A stretch of 64,000 bases of DNA. Source: Camelus ferus. Taxonomy: Eukaryota. The notes beneath the pieces were generated by a model, which worked only from the letters and a program-made list of their open reading frames with translations, was not told the DNA's origin and made no database searches. Both the position numbers and the translations under genes were made by a program. Below are positions 27,361-40,045 of the stretch, one piece after another (position 1 is the stretch's first letter; every line of letters starts with the position of its first letter). The stretch is from positions 121,646,001 through 121,710,000 of the forward strand of contig NC_045696.1 of the NCBI RefSeq assembly GCF_009834535.1. The letters are read 5' to 3'.

Positions 27361-28049
27361 GTCTCAGGACAGAAAAGTCCAGGAATTGTCTAGTTTCTAG
27401 TGTGACTTTCTTCAGGGACTGAAACCATGTCACATCAGCTCCATTCTCAGAACCGACTGCCCCTTGGGGGTTTTATTTGGCACCAAAAAAAAAAAAAACA
27501 AAACCAGTTTTGCGTATTTGCAGGGTCAAGGCCTGCAGGAAGGAAACAGAAAAGGATCCTTTCCCCCACAGAACCAGAAAAAGCCCCTTTGGGAAGTGCT
27601 GGCTGTCCGCGGGGTTGTGACTCCACTCCTGAACCAATTAATACACGGAAACCAGTTGCACCTCTATACACTCACAATGAAATGGCAGAAAGGGAAATTA
27701 AGGAAATGATACCAGGCAACCCTCTGCTTGGCTTAGGGACCCGGACCCAGGACAGGCCACCCCAGACATGCAGCCTGAAATAGGAGAAAGGGCCCTCCTG
27801 GCCCGTCCTCAGGCGCTCAGACTGCCTTCTGTGCGTGAGAAGGATGCTCTCCGGGCTTCGTTCGGATGCGTCTGTACCCGTGAATGTCAGCTCCTGCTCC
27901 TCGGACTACACACTCAGAAGTGAGGCAGCACAAGAAGGAGAAAGGAAAAGTCTGGTGGCACTGAGGAGCGACACGTCCAAAGCATCCCACGAGTGTCCTT
28001 CAAACCCAGGCTGCTGTCCTGCAAGGGGCCCTGGGCAGGAACTGGAAGG

Positions 28050-28702
28050 AAGACAAAATGGAACGAGATAAAATGCAGGGGCTGCGTGGAGGGCCAGTTA
28101 CACTGCTGACTCCAGAGGCCTGACTGACCTGTAGGACTGGTTGCCAAGTCCCCTGAGAAGGAACCTCCAGGGACCTGGGGCTGCGGCAGGGTTCCTGGTC
28201 ACGGCTGCCCCAAGAGTTTCTTTGGCAAGTTAGTTGCATAGGGTGTAAAAATGAATGGGTGGAATATTCATTGCGGAGGGAAGGATTTGGGGTCATATTG
28301 CCTGATTATCATCCCAGCTCCACCTTCCTGAGGGGAGGAGGGGTTTTTGTCCTTATTTAGTCTGGATCAGCCTTGTCATGGTGTCAGTGCACGATGGGTA
28401 CTTCTGATCTGTAAGGCTAATTTTATTGAAATGAGGGCATAATGAGCAAAAGGTTACATTCGGACACTGGAAATTCTTGCCTTTTCTCACCTTTCTTTGT
28501 CGGTCTCCAGGCCACTCATCACCCCAAAAGGTGTGACCACTTATCAGCCCAAAGGTTCCTGTTTTCTTTCTCTGCCCAGGGACCGCTGGTGCTTACATGA
28601 TGTGTGGTGTATTTGGCCTGTGCCCCTCCTTTCTGCCCAAGTCATGCCATTTGGTCTGTGTGTCTCTTTCTCTGCTCATATCTAGCTGTCTGCCTGCTCT
28701 AA
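28050..28702 (-). mobile_element. Probable ERV1 LTR
   Basis: Minus strand starts gttagagcaggcagacagctagatatgagcag, a typical ERV1 U3 start. The left boundary is uncertain. Confidence 0.5.
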
Positions 28703-28712
28703 CCCTTGCTGC

Positions 28713-29245
28713 TTGCTCTTAGGACAGTCAGCAAACCTGACTGACCGACCAGTCACTGCTCCCAGCCCCAGCATCATGGTTAAAGCAAAAGTTATTGATT
28801 TTACTGTTTTTAACTTTACTTTGGCAATTAAAATTTATAATCATGTTTGGCCTCTGAGTTGTTCTCCAGGAAGAAGTTCCCAGAAGTGTAACCCTGCAAA
28901 ACAGGCTAATTTGTCAAAAAGGGAAACATGCCACAGGTGTTAACGCGCTAAAAAGACTGGAAAAGTTACAACTACAAGTCTCTATAGAACTGCTGCCTGA
29001 GGACGTCCTGACACAAGAAACCTTGTGACAAGAGGAATGATTCTGTTGATTGCTGTTTTGCTTAAGCTATGATATACAATCACTCCACCCCATCCCCAAG
29101 GTGGTGCACAGTTTTGAAGGCCCCACCCTGCTGTGAGTCCCCTTTGCCCAGCCAAGTAATAAAGCTGCCTCTTTTCTTCTAAGCTCCAAGACCCGGTCTC
29201 TGGGTTATTTGGCTCCTCGGGGACAGGGCCGATCTTTCTGCAACA
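28713..29245 (+). mobile_element. ERV1-type LTR (5'-eroded)
   Basis: aataaagctgcctcttttcttc...tttctgcaaCA end; inverted homologue of 21231-21836. Confidence 0.75.
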
Positions 29246-29525
29246 AAGGAGGCAGGGAACCAGGGAACTGAAACTCATTGCCTAGAGAATCCTTTAAATG
29301 TAACCTATGCCTCAGGTGATGCTTTTGCTTGAGTGATGGAAAAAGTTACCCTAAGGGAGCAGAATGTCCCACCAGCTTAACTTGTTGGACCACACTGAGA
29401 GTCCTGCCTGCTTGTCTTCTTTCTGCAAAGGGTTCTCTCCACCAAAGAGAAGAATGATCAGAGGGAGGAAGGAGCTTGCAAAGGGACAGCCAATGAGAGG
29501 AAGAAGAGAAGCCTCAGGAGACTGT

Positions 29526-29649
29526 GAGGGAGTGTGTAGCTCAGTGGTAGAGTGCATGCCTATCATGCATGAGGTCCTGGGTTCAATCCCCAGTAACTCC
29601 ATTAAATATAAGTAAATCTAATTATCTTCTCATCCTCCCAACCAAACAA
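29526..29649 (+). mobile_element. Vic-1-type SINE
   Basis: tRNA-Ala-like head; flanks agaagcctcagg / agaagccttaag. Confidence 0.85.
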
Positions 29650-29808
29650 AGAAGCCTTAAGCAACTAAAGCAGGTTTGCCTATGAATTCTTTCCAGCTGG
29701 CAGACAAAACCCTCCTTTTGTGGAATCCCACTGGGGAGTCGTCCACCTGTCTGCTAACATTCCATCACCTGCTCAGCCCCCTTCTGCTATTTCACTCCGT
29801 AATAACAC

Positions 29809-29921
29809 TTTATTGGGGGGGGGGGGGGAGCGGTAATTAGGTTTATTTATTTATGTATTTTAGTGGAGGCACTAGGGGTTGAAGCTGGGCACATGCTCTA
29901 CCACTGAGCTATACCCTCCCC
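29809..29921 (-). mobile_element. Vic-1-type SINE with internal deletion of the anticodon-arm region
   Basis: ggtaattaggtttattt...gtggaggcactaggggttgaa[gap]gctctaccactgagctataccctcccc. Confidence 0.8.
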
Positions 29922-32422
29922 AGCCATGGAAGCACTTTGGTGAGTGGATGTAATGACAATGCATTGTTCTTAATCCACCCTCTCTTTTCTGGTAAGTGCA
30001 GCCAATTTTTCTTTAGATAACCTCCCCCTCCCAACCTTAGTGTGGTCTGAATGGGGCAGAATCAACTCCCCCAGCTCTAGAAATGGGCAAAGAATGAAGG
30101 CCCAGTGGTTTCAGAGAATTCCATGGCCATCGCTATGGGACTGGTTCAGAACCAGACGAGTGAGACTTAATCAGAGGACTTGTGCTGGAACTTTCCAGAA
30201 GACACACTTTTTTTTGTCCCACTGGGAAGGAGGTCAGCTTGGTCCACTGACCACCACTTGGAGAGCATCTTTCTAATCTCATCACAGAGAAAAGCAGATC
30301 CAAGAAAAGGAGAGAAACAGATGCCTGGTAACATGACTTGGGTACCTGGATCCAGCCGTGTCTGAAGCCAAAGAGGAAACCAAGATTTCTCACTTAAAGT
30401 CCTGCCACACTGTAAGGACATTCAGACACTCCTGTGGAGAAGTCTGGACGGCAAAGAGCCCAGCCTCTGGTCAACAGCCAGTACTGACTGCCGACCGCAG
30501 GAAACAGCCAAGACTTCCTCCATCAACAGCCTCACGGTAGCCTCACTGGAGACTGGAGCCCGGAGCTCCCAGCAAAGCTGCTCCCAAGTCCTTGTCCCTG
30601 GGAAGCTGTGTCAGGTAACAGAGGCTCGTCATTGCTCTCTGCCAGTGAGTGCTGGGGTAGATGTGCATGTAGCAGGAGGGACCTAATGCACTGAGAGGAA
30701 TAAGACTCCAGCCTCCAAGACTCAGGAGAGGCAGGACTCCAGCCCCAGAAGAAGGGGCCACGGAGCTGGGGACCAAGGCAGGAACTTGGAGATGGAAACC
30801 GGGGGCCATCAGAGCAAGAGGAACCCCGTGCTGGCCTGAGTCCTGGAGTTGAGCCATGAATTCTGAGGGTTTCATCTCTCCCTGCCATGGAGTCCCCTTG
30901 ACCCTTGATGCTAAGCCTGGGGCAGGACGGAGCCTGGAAGGTGGGCTGGTTAGTGGGCCAGTCCCCCTGCAGGGGCCAAAACCCGGGAGAGATGCTGGCT
31001 TCCTGGTCTGGCCCCAGCAGCCTGAGGTCTCAGGGGCTAAACGGCCCCAGGGTGAGTTGTCTGGTGCCACCAGACACAGAGACCGAGGGATGAGTAGAAA
31101 TCACACCCCTCGGCAGACCGAAGGTCTTAGGACAACTCGGAAGTTGGGGAGTCCAAATCAGAGCTGCAAAGGAGGATATAACTGACACAGAACAGAGACA
31201 TCTCAGGATGAAGGCGGGAATGGGGGGGACCTGAAAAGGGCAGGACCCCCAGGGCCAGCCAGGTACTAAGGACCAAGCCTTTACATGCATCTGCTGCTGT
31301 ATTTTGAACAGAGCTTGCTGCCTCCCACCTCCAGATCCTGAGCCTAAAATCAAAGAGGGCACCTGGTGATCTGCATCTCTAGGAGTCCCCAGTCCTCCAA
31401 CTGCTCCCGGGGCACCCTGAGAAGCCCTGCGCCAGGCAGAAAGACGGAGCTCACGCAGGACTAGGGGACTGGGCCCGTCACAGCAGAAGGAATCTGCGGA
31501 GGAGACGGCCTTGAGCCCAGAGCCATCCGTGTGCTCCCTGAGTCTAGTCCGACGTCTGCGTGTCCCGCCCTGACGCCCCTATTTCTCAAGCCCCCCTCCC
31601 CTGGCTCTGTGCTCATCTTTTCACCACTGAACGTGGAGTAGCTGTAAAATCATCACTATCATTTACCGAGCCTCTAATGTACTCTACTGACGGCACGTTT
31701 GACAATTCTGATGTCAAACCTGGTGAGGGGAATACTCTTATTATCCCCAAGGTCCAAATGGAGAGAACCCAGAGCTTACAGCAGGTGGTCAGCTGGCCCC
31801 AAATCACCCAGGAAATGGCAATAAACCTTTAGAAGTTGTCCTAACTGTACGATAGTGACAGGGGTGGATCCCTTTGGAAGCAGGCGTTTCCCCGCAGAAA
31901 AATCCCTCAGGTGACAGAGTCCCACTTAACGCGCTTAAGCTGTCATTTCTTTCCAAAGAGAAATGAGACGGAGGTGGTACCTTGTTTAATGACATCATGG
32001 ATGCAGCTCATTTCCTTCTAAGGTAGAATCTAATTGAGGTTCCTTCGATTTTTTTCCTAAAGAACCCCTGCTATACGGTAATCTTCTAGAAACATCTACT
32101 AGAAGTCAGGGGGAGTGTCTATGCTGATTATTTCTTTCCTGTCATGTGCACAGGTGACCCACCCGTGCCCTGCGCATCTGTATCTCTGCCCCAGAGATGA
32201 CGCCTGTCTAACTCCATTTAGCGCTGCATTAATTACAGCTGGACAGGAAAACTGGAGCCCACTGAAAAGTTCAACATATACTTATATGATCCCTACGATA
32301 AATACCATGCAGCACTCAAAAGTCATATATTTTAGAAAAGCTTTAGAATATTTAACATCAGGTACAGAATACATTATTAAATGAAAAAAAATCAGTTCAT
32401 GTTAACTTTTAAAATGTCCTGG

Positions 32423-32770
32423 ATATCACTCATATGTGGAATTAAAAAAAAAGACACAAATGAACTTATCCACAAGGCAGAGACAGACTCACAGACATAG
32501 AAAAAAACTCACGGTTACCAGGGGGAAAGGGGGTGGGAAGGGGTAAACTGGGAGCTCAGAATTGGCAGACACTAACTACTGTATATAAAATAGATAAACA
32601 ACAAGGTCCTACTGTACAGCACAGGGAACTAGATTCAATACCTTGTAGTAACATGTAAGGAAAAAGACTATGAAAAGGAATATACATGTATGACTGAATT
32701 ATTATATCGTACATCAGAAATTGACACAACATTATAAACTGACTATACTTCAATAAAAAATAAATAAAAA
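32423..32770 (+). mobile_element. L1 3' end
   Basis: atatcactcatatgtggaatt...gactatacttcaataaaaaataaataaaaa. Confidence 0.9.
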
Positions 32771-32859
32771 CAGTTTGCAGAAGGAAGGATGAATGGTCTG
32801 GTTAATAAGACTTATATAAAGGGTAAGAGAAATAAAGGTGCATGTGAGAAAGTGCACAT

Positions 32860-32985
32860 TTGTGTGTGTATTTTGTCTGTTGGTGTGTGACTGTGTGTGG
32901 GTGTGTGTGTGTGTGGTTGGGGGACATCGGGTGTGGGGTGTGCATGGAGGTGTCTCTGGGTGTGTGGCTGTGTTTGTGTGTCTGG
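32860..32985. repeat. Degenerate (TG)-rich tract
   Basis: Interrupted TG runs. Confidence 0.8.
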
Positions 32986-33146
32986 CGCAGGCAGGGTGAG
33001 TTTATGTGAGCACACATTCCCCGAGGAGGGAATTAATAAGCCAAGGTGTTTGCAGGAAACTGAAAGTGTGTCCTTAAAATTTGAGCCCGAGACACCTTGT
33101 TTACCTCATCCTAGATCCAGTCTTTCAGTGAAGCTGCCGGGAGGAT

Positions 33147-33162
33147 AAAAAAAAAAAAAAAA
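33147..33162 (-). terminator. Pol III oligo-dT terminator (T16) of tRNA-Cys copy 1
   Basis: A run of 16 A on + (T16 on -) begins after a single spacer base 3' of the tRNA end. Confidence 0.85.
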
Positions 33163-33163
33163 G

Positions 33164-33235
33164 AGGGGGCACCTGGATTTGAACTAGGGACCTCTTGATC
33201 TGCAGTCAAATGCTCTACCACTGAGCTATACCCCC
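33164..33235 (-). tRNA. tRNA-Cys (anticodon GCA), T-stem variant
   Basis: Minus strand reads GGGGGTATAGCTCAGTGGTAGAGCATTTGACTGCAGATCAAGAGGTCCCTAGTTCAAATCCAGGTGCCCCCT (72 nt). It has a full cloverleaf, A box, B box (AGTTCAAATCC), GCA anticodon and U73 discriminator. There is one T-stem mismatch (A52-C62). Confidence 0.93.
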
Positions 33236-33593
33236 AGACAGTAACATGTCTTCTACAAGTACTCATTCCATTCATATGAATTACACCATACTTGATAAAT
33301 ATCTTAGTGGCTGAGATTCCTCCTGAATTAACATTCATCCCTGAATCCCTTCTGGTCACACCACCTCCTGCTTTTCCCAGACCACGTGTGTGCACTCTCT
33401 TCCCAGTGCTGTGTTCTCAGTCTAGTTCCCCAATGTTTAAAAATACGCCTGCAGCTGCCCATCCATCTGTGGGCAGGTAGATGGGTGTTGTAAGTCTCAC
33501 AGGTGCCACCAAGTGTCAGACATACAGGGGCTCTTAGCTGGGTATCCCCCAGCCAGAGGTTCGTGTTCAACTGGGAATTACAGGTGAATGTCG

Positions 33594-33628
33594 TGTGTGT
33601 GCGTGTGTGTGTGTGTGTGTGCGTGTGT
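33594..33628. repeat. (TG)n microsatellite
   Basis: About 17 TG/CG units. Confidence 0.92.
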
Positions 33629-35721
33629 TGTATATTATGCATGATTTCAGGAAGGAAGATTTTCAAAGGGACTTCTTCTGGGTGAACTATCTCATTTTAC
33701 AGTTGAGGGGGGAGTGAAAAAGTCCCAAATCCACCTTTGAACACTGCTAATTCCTAGTCCTTTGAGTTCCAACTGGAGAACTTTTACTTTTCCATGTCTC
33801 CAAGACTGGGAAGAAAGGTGGAGGAGATCTCCATCATTACAGCAAGTTCTCCCTGAGGAGGCCCCTCAGCTGCCGAGAAACTCAGGGGCCGAGGGTAACC
33901 AGGGCCCCAGCTCACAGCTCCGAGGGCCGCAGACAACCCTTCGCAGCCTCTCCACCCTGATGTTCTATAGAAACCTCAGATCGCAGACCCAGTATGCCCC
34001 AAACCAAACTCGCTATCTTCCTGCCCAAACCTGCCCATCCTGCAATTTTGCTTCTTTATAATAACAATAGTCCATGTTCACAGAACACTTGCTGTGTGCC
34101 AGGCTCGGTACTAAAAGTTCTAGCCATAACTTCCCATTGAATCATCACCCCCAAATCCCACAAAATGGGCATTATGGTTAGCATACCGGTTTTGCCAGTG
34201 AGGAGACTGAGGCACAGCGTGGCCACACCTCTGGGAGGTGGCAGGGCCCCGGGTCCCAGGGAGGCTCAGAGAGGGGTGCCGGGCCTGCCTACTTCGCCAT
34301 CTCATCAGCCTCCTCCTCGTCTTGGTGGGTGAGACCATGGTGTATTCAGCTGTTTGGCCGAAACATTAAACTCAACTGTGGGCTCCTTTCAACTCTCTTC
34401 CCCAATTCCATTTGATCTCTGGGTATGGCTGATTTTCCCTTTGGTGTCACTTACGTCCATCCCCACCGCTGCACTGCAGGGCCGCCACCTCCCACGTGGC
34501 CTCCCGGCCTCCACCCCTCACATCCATCCCCCTGCTACTCCCAGTGGAGCCGTTGAAAACCAACTCTGTCAAGGTCACTTGTCTTAAAAGGCCTTCACGA
34601 TAAACTCCAGGTTTCTCAGCACAACATACAGACTTCTTACACCTTCATCCCATCTGCCTCTCCAGCCTCAACCTCCCTTCTGACACTCCCCACATCACAC
34701 TTTGTGCTCCAGCTGCCTCCACCTGGCTCCAGCCTCTGCCCAGGACTCAAGCACCACTCCCCGCACCCCAGCCTGTAATTCACCCTCCTTCTGGTAAGAT
34801 CTCGGTCTTCTGGGAAATCAGCCCCTCTTGGAAACCCCTGGAAGCCTCCCTGCTCTGGACAGAGGTAGCCGCTGCCTCCTCTGTGTTCCTGCAGCTCGGC
34901 GCAGCTCACAGCTGTCTGCCCTCCTATTCGACAGGCCTGCTTCCTGGCCAGGAGCACACTGAGCCCAGGCGCTGTGTCTTGTTCAGGTCTAAGTTCACAC
35001 TTGGCACAGTTCTGGCACAGACTCGGTGCGCAGCACACATCATTCAAAGTGATTTAAAGACGCAGCCGTGCCTGGACTAAGGCCTGAGCCCAGCCCCAGC
35101 CTAGGTCCTGACTGCAGGCACCCAAGTCGGGGGGCTCAGCTGCAGGAAACCATGTGGGGATGGAAAGGTAACAGAATGCCCTCAAGCTTTAGAGCAAAAA
35201 AAAGAGCACAGTTCCCCAAGCTTCCGGCCAGTTTATCCATAGCAGCGCTCTCGGAATAAAGGCTTCTTTCCCTGACTGTCCCCAGGACATTGCACAGGGT
35301 GGGCGTGGTCACTAAGTTCCTGGCTTTGCCCGCAGCCCAAAGGTTCTAGAACTCTATGGACAGTCCCAGCCCTTGGGAGCACTGCTAAGGGGAATTTTGT
35401 GGCAAAGCTTTTGACCAGAGAAGACCACTATGAGTAATATAATGAAGTCACTGAGAACGAACGGGGCTCTGAGCTCAAATCCTGAACCTGCCCTTTCTAG
35501 CATCTCGAGTCTCAGACTCCTCATGCAAAATGGAGATAAGGTATCTTGTAACATTTTGGTGAAAAATGGAGGAGATAATTAATGTTGACAACCGAGTGTG
35601 CCGTCTGGCACATACACAAATGACATTAGTTATGGTTCAACCAGCCATGAACTACAGAAGACGGTCAAGACAATACAGGCAAAATCAATCCATATTCTTA
35701 AGCAAAAGAGGAAAACCACAC

Positions 35722-35793
35722 AGGGGGCACCTGGATTTGAACCAGGGACCTCTTGATCTGCAGTCAAATGCTCTACCCCTGAGCTATACCCCC
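35722..35793 (-). tRNA. tRNA-Cys (anticodon GCA)
   Basis: Minus strand reads GGGGGTATAGCTCAGGGGTAGAGCATTTGACTGCAGATCAAGAGGTCCCTGGTTCAAATCCAGGTGCCCCCT (72 nt), the canonical mammalian Cys-GCA sequence with intact stems. TTTT runs (35712-35715, 35704-35707) follow the 3' end. Confidence 0.97.
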
Positions 35794-37272
35794 AGCGGCT
35801 GAACTCCTGTTTATAATCTATCTCTGTCTCAACATTATGGCTGTAAAACCTGCAGTGACTCAGGAACTATAATTAGAGACTGTCGCCTGGGAGGAGTCCA
35901 AGCATCAAAGCCTTAGAAAAGGTTTATTATGAAGAAAAGACCGGGCACCTGAGAACAACGTTCTCTGAACCGAGAAGCTCTCCTTAGGCTCCCCAAACCC
36001 CAAGTCTCTTCTGTCCCCCATGTTTCATACGAAGTGAACCTTGGTTGCATGTTTCCCACAAATGGCATCAGCAGGAAAACGCAGGTGACTCGACTCCGGT
36101 CACGCTCCCAGCAACGGGAGTTCTCATTCCTTGTCTGGTTTCACAGAACCAAGCTCATAACTGGAACTCAACAGACATGTGTGGCATCAAATTGATTCTG
36201 GGAAAAAATGCATGTAAATAATGATTTGTGTGAGCTAGCTTTTCCCAGACATTAATTGTAAGACGATTTTACTCACGTAAAACAGGATGGTCGGTGAATG
36301 GCACTCTGGTGTAACACAGCTTGCCTGACACTCGGAATGCTACCAAACCCAAAAGGCCAACTGATGAAGAGAAACAAGGCTCCAAACAAGAGCCTCTTCT
36401 TAATCGGTTAAGTATAGTGTTTATCCTACCACCCGAAATTCCTTTTCAACTTCCAAACACAACCATAGTTGGAGTAACCGGTATTGAATGGCTTCATAAA
36501 CACCTCCTCTCCCCCAGTAAACCCTTCAGGTGCTTCTGATGGACTCTTACATGTTCAGACCGGCTGAGAAGTCTCTCTCCTGCCAGTTCCCCAGACCATA
36601 CACATACTGAGGTCTGGTCAAAGGATCCTAGCAAGGGCCGGTCATTTTGTGCCAGGGTGGTGGTTGTCTGGGAGCCTGGGAGGGGCAGTAACTCCACTCC
36701 ATTTGTTGCTCCCGCCGATGTCAGGCTGGAATTGAGAGCAGAAAAAAATATCACAAGGCACGCTTTGCTCATTGTTCTTTTCTCACCCTGGATGTCAGTG
36801 AAAGTGGAGGTTTTCGCAGTAACAGACGCACTGTGTGCTTTGTAAGGGAGAACCCTGGCCTTGGAAAGGATTCAGAGGTCACTGATTCCAACCACTTCCT
36901 TTGCAGACTGCAAACAGGTGGAGGGAAGATGAACAGCCTTGCTTAAAGGCACAAACATAACAGTAGCAGGGGCAGGACCCAGGGTCCACTCCACGGCCAG
37001 CTCCTTGGGGGCAGGGGCCCTCTGGAAGCCCTCAGTGCCTGGAATGATGAAGGTGCTTAACAAATGTTTGTGGGATAAACACCAAACTGTAGTTATATGG
37101 AGGTAAACCAAACGTCCTGGTTTACTGCAGATTTCCCTGGTTTTAGCACTGAATGCCCTGCGTGGCAGGAAATCCCTCAGAAAACCAGGATGGGGTTGGT
37201 TGGTCACTGGAGATAGGCCCAGTTTTTTTTCTCATCCACAGTATTTCCACGTCTCAATTTTTTACCATTTTC

Positions 37273-38452
37273 TTTTTTTTTTCTCTTTTTTTTAATTGAA
37301 GTATAGTCAGTTTACAATGTTGTGTCAATTTCTGGTGCACTGCACAATGCTTCAGTCATACATGAATATACATATATTTGTTTTCATATTCTTTTTCACC
37401 ATAAGCTACTACAAGATATCGAATATAGTTCCCTGTGCTGTACAGTATAAACCTGTTTATATATTTTATGTATACCAGGTCAGTATCTGCAAACCTTGAA
37501 CTCCCAATTTATCCCTTCCCATCCCCTTCCCCTCTGGTAACCGTAAGTTTGTTTTCTATGTCTGTGAGTCTGTTCCTGTTTTATAAATAAGTTCATTTGG
37601 GGGCTTTTTGTTGTTTTTTTTAAGATTCTACATATGAGTGATATATGGTATTTTTCTTTCTCTTTCTGGCTTACTTCACTTAGAGTGACATTCTCCAGGG
37701 ACATCCACGTTGCTGTAAATGGCATTATTTTATCATTTTTTATGGCTGAGTAGTATTCTATTGTATAAATATACCACAACTTCCTTATCCAGTCATCTGT
37801 TGATGGACATTTAGGCTGTTTCTATGACTTGGCTATTGTAAATAGTGTGGCTATGAACATTGGGGTGCTGGTGTCTTTTTGAATTAGGGTTCTCTCTGGA
37901 TATATGCCCAGGATTGGGATTGCTAGATCATATGGAAAGTCTATTTTCAGTCTTTTGTGGAATCTCCATACTGTTTTCCATAGTGGCTGCACCAAACTGC
38001 ATTCCCACCAGCAGTGTAGGAGGGTTCCCTTTTTCTCCACAGCCTCTCCAGCATTTACCATTTGTGGACTTCTGAATGATGGCCATTCTGACTTGTGTGA
38101 GGTGATACTTCATTGCAGTTTTGATTTGCATTTCTCTGATAATTCTCAATTGATATTGAGAATTTTTTCACGTGCCTATTGGTCATTCATATGTCTTCAC
38201 TGGAGAATTTCTTGTTTAGATCTTCTGCCCATTTTTGGATTGGGTTGTTTGCTTTTTGGTTATTAAGTCATATGAGCTATTTATATATTCTGGAAATCAA
38301 GCCCTTGTCAGTCTCATCTTTTGCAAATATTTTCTCCCATTCCATAGGTTGTCTTTTTATTTTGCTCATGGTTTCCTTTGCTGTGCAAAAGCTTGTAAGT
38401 TTAATTCAGTCCCATTTGTTTATTTTTGCTTTTATTTCTATTGCTTCAATTA
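37273..38452 (-). mobile_element. Young 5'-truncated L1 (ORF2 end plus 3' UTR)
   Basis: Antisense ORF2 ([22 protein letters not shown]...). TSD ttttaccattttc at 37260-37272 and 38453-38465. Confidence 0.93.
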
Positions 38453-38659
38453 TTTTACCATTTTCATGTACTGCCTCAACTAGTATTTAGTCAATAATCG
38501 TGTGGAAATCAATGCACCGCTTTTTTATTTAGCCTCATCCTAAGCAAAAATACCCTTGAAATCATGCCAATTGCATTTCTTTCTGCTGCACATCAAAATA
38601 AATACATAGATTATGAAATAAGTTAAAATTATATTTAACACATTATATTTACAACTTGC

Positions 38660-38840
38660 CATGTGCCACTCTAAATGCTTTACAAATATTGATTCACTTA
38701 ATCCTTAAAACAACCCAGTGAGAAAGGGACTATTATCACCTTTACTCTACAGTGAGGAAACTGAGGCACAGTGAAGTTAACTCACTTGTCTAAGGTCACA
38801 CAGCTGGTAAATTTGTCCATGGTGCCCAAAGTCATCTTGG
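38660..38840. mobile_element. MIR SINE
   Basis: MIR core: acagtgaggaaactgaggcacagtgaagttaactcacttgtctaaggtcacacagctggtaa. Confidence 0.85.
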
Positions 38841-38857
38841 AAACCTCAGTGATAACA

Positions 38858-40045
38858 GTGTGATGATTAATTTTATGTGCCCACCCTGGGCCACAGGGTG
38901 CCCAGATTTTGGTGTCGTTGTCCTGGATGTGTCTGTGAGGGTGCTTCTGGATGGGATTAACATCTGAATAGGCGAAGGAGTAGAGCAGCCTGAGCCTCTG
39001 TTTTAAGTGGGCCTCTTCCAATTCACTGAAGGGCTGACTAGAAAGGTCAAGTACATTAAAAAGGCCACAAATTACAAGTCCTAGAGAGGGTGTGGGGAAA
39101 AGGGAGCTACTGCACTGCTAGTGGGAATGTAAATTGGTGCAGCCATTATGGAAAACAGTCTGGAGATTTCTGAAAAGACTAAAAACAGACTTACCATATG
39201 ACACAGCAATTCCACTCCTGGGCATGTATCCAGAGGGAACCCTAATTCAAAAAGGTACCTGCATCCCAATGTTCATAGCAGCACTATTTACAATAGCCAA
39301 GACATGGAAACAACCCAAATGTCCATCAACAGGTGACTGGATAAAGATGTAGTACATTTATACAATGGAATACTACTCAGCCATAAAAAAGAATGAAATA
39401 ATGCCATTTGCAGAAACATGGATGGACCTGGAGGGTATTACGCTTAGTGAAGTAAGTCAAACAGAGAAAGACAAACACTGTATGTTATCACTTACATGTG
39501 GAATCTAAAAAATAAAACAAACAAAGGAATATAACAACACAGTAACAGACACACAGATATACAGAACAAACTAGTGGTGACCAGAGGGGAGAGGGAAGGG
39601 TGAGGGGCAAAATAAGGGAAGGAGATTAAGAGACACAAACTACTGTGTATAAAGTACATAAGCTACAAGGGTATATTCTAACACAGAGCCCAGATTTTAT
39701 AACTTTAAATGGAGTATATGGTCTGTAAAAAGTTTGAGTCACTCTGTTGTACACCTGAAACTGATACAATTTATAATATTGTAAACTACACCTCAGCAAC
39801 AGCAACAACAAAAGCCCAAGGACAGGAACCTTGTTCTGCCTGACCACTTGGAGCTGGAACATCAATCTTTTCCTGCCTTCAGGATCCAGTTGAAACACCA
39901 GCCCTTCTGGGTCTCCAGCCTCATGGCTGCCAATCTCGGGCCTCGTCAGCCCACATAATCGCGTGAGTCACTTCCTCGTCACAAGTCTCTGTCTGTATGT
40001 CTGTACCTCCGACTGGTTCTGTTTCCCTGGAGACCCCTAATACAC
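38858..40045 (+). mobile_element. MLT2-type ERVL LTR interrupted by an L1 3' fragment (about 39055-39810)
   Basis: Starts tgtgatgattaattttatgtg and ends ggttctgtttccctggagacccctaataca; internal L1 ORF2 end and UTR. Confidence 0.85.

Noticed and set aside
27634..27714. Short coding-like stretch (INTRKPVAPLYTHNEMAEREIKEMIP)
   Set aside because: It matches L1 ORF2 (INxQKSVAFLYTNNE..E.EIK) and is an isolated 80-bp L1 fragment.
35810..35815. TATAAA upstream of tRNA-Cys copy 2
   Set aside because: It lies only 17-22 nt from the mature 5' end, too close for a canonical TBP site, and tRNA promoters are internal.
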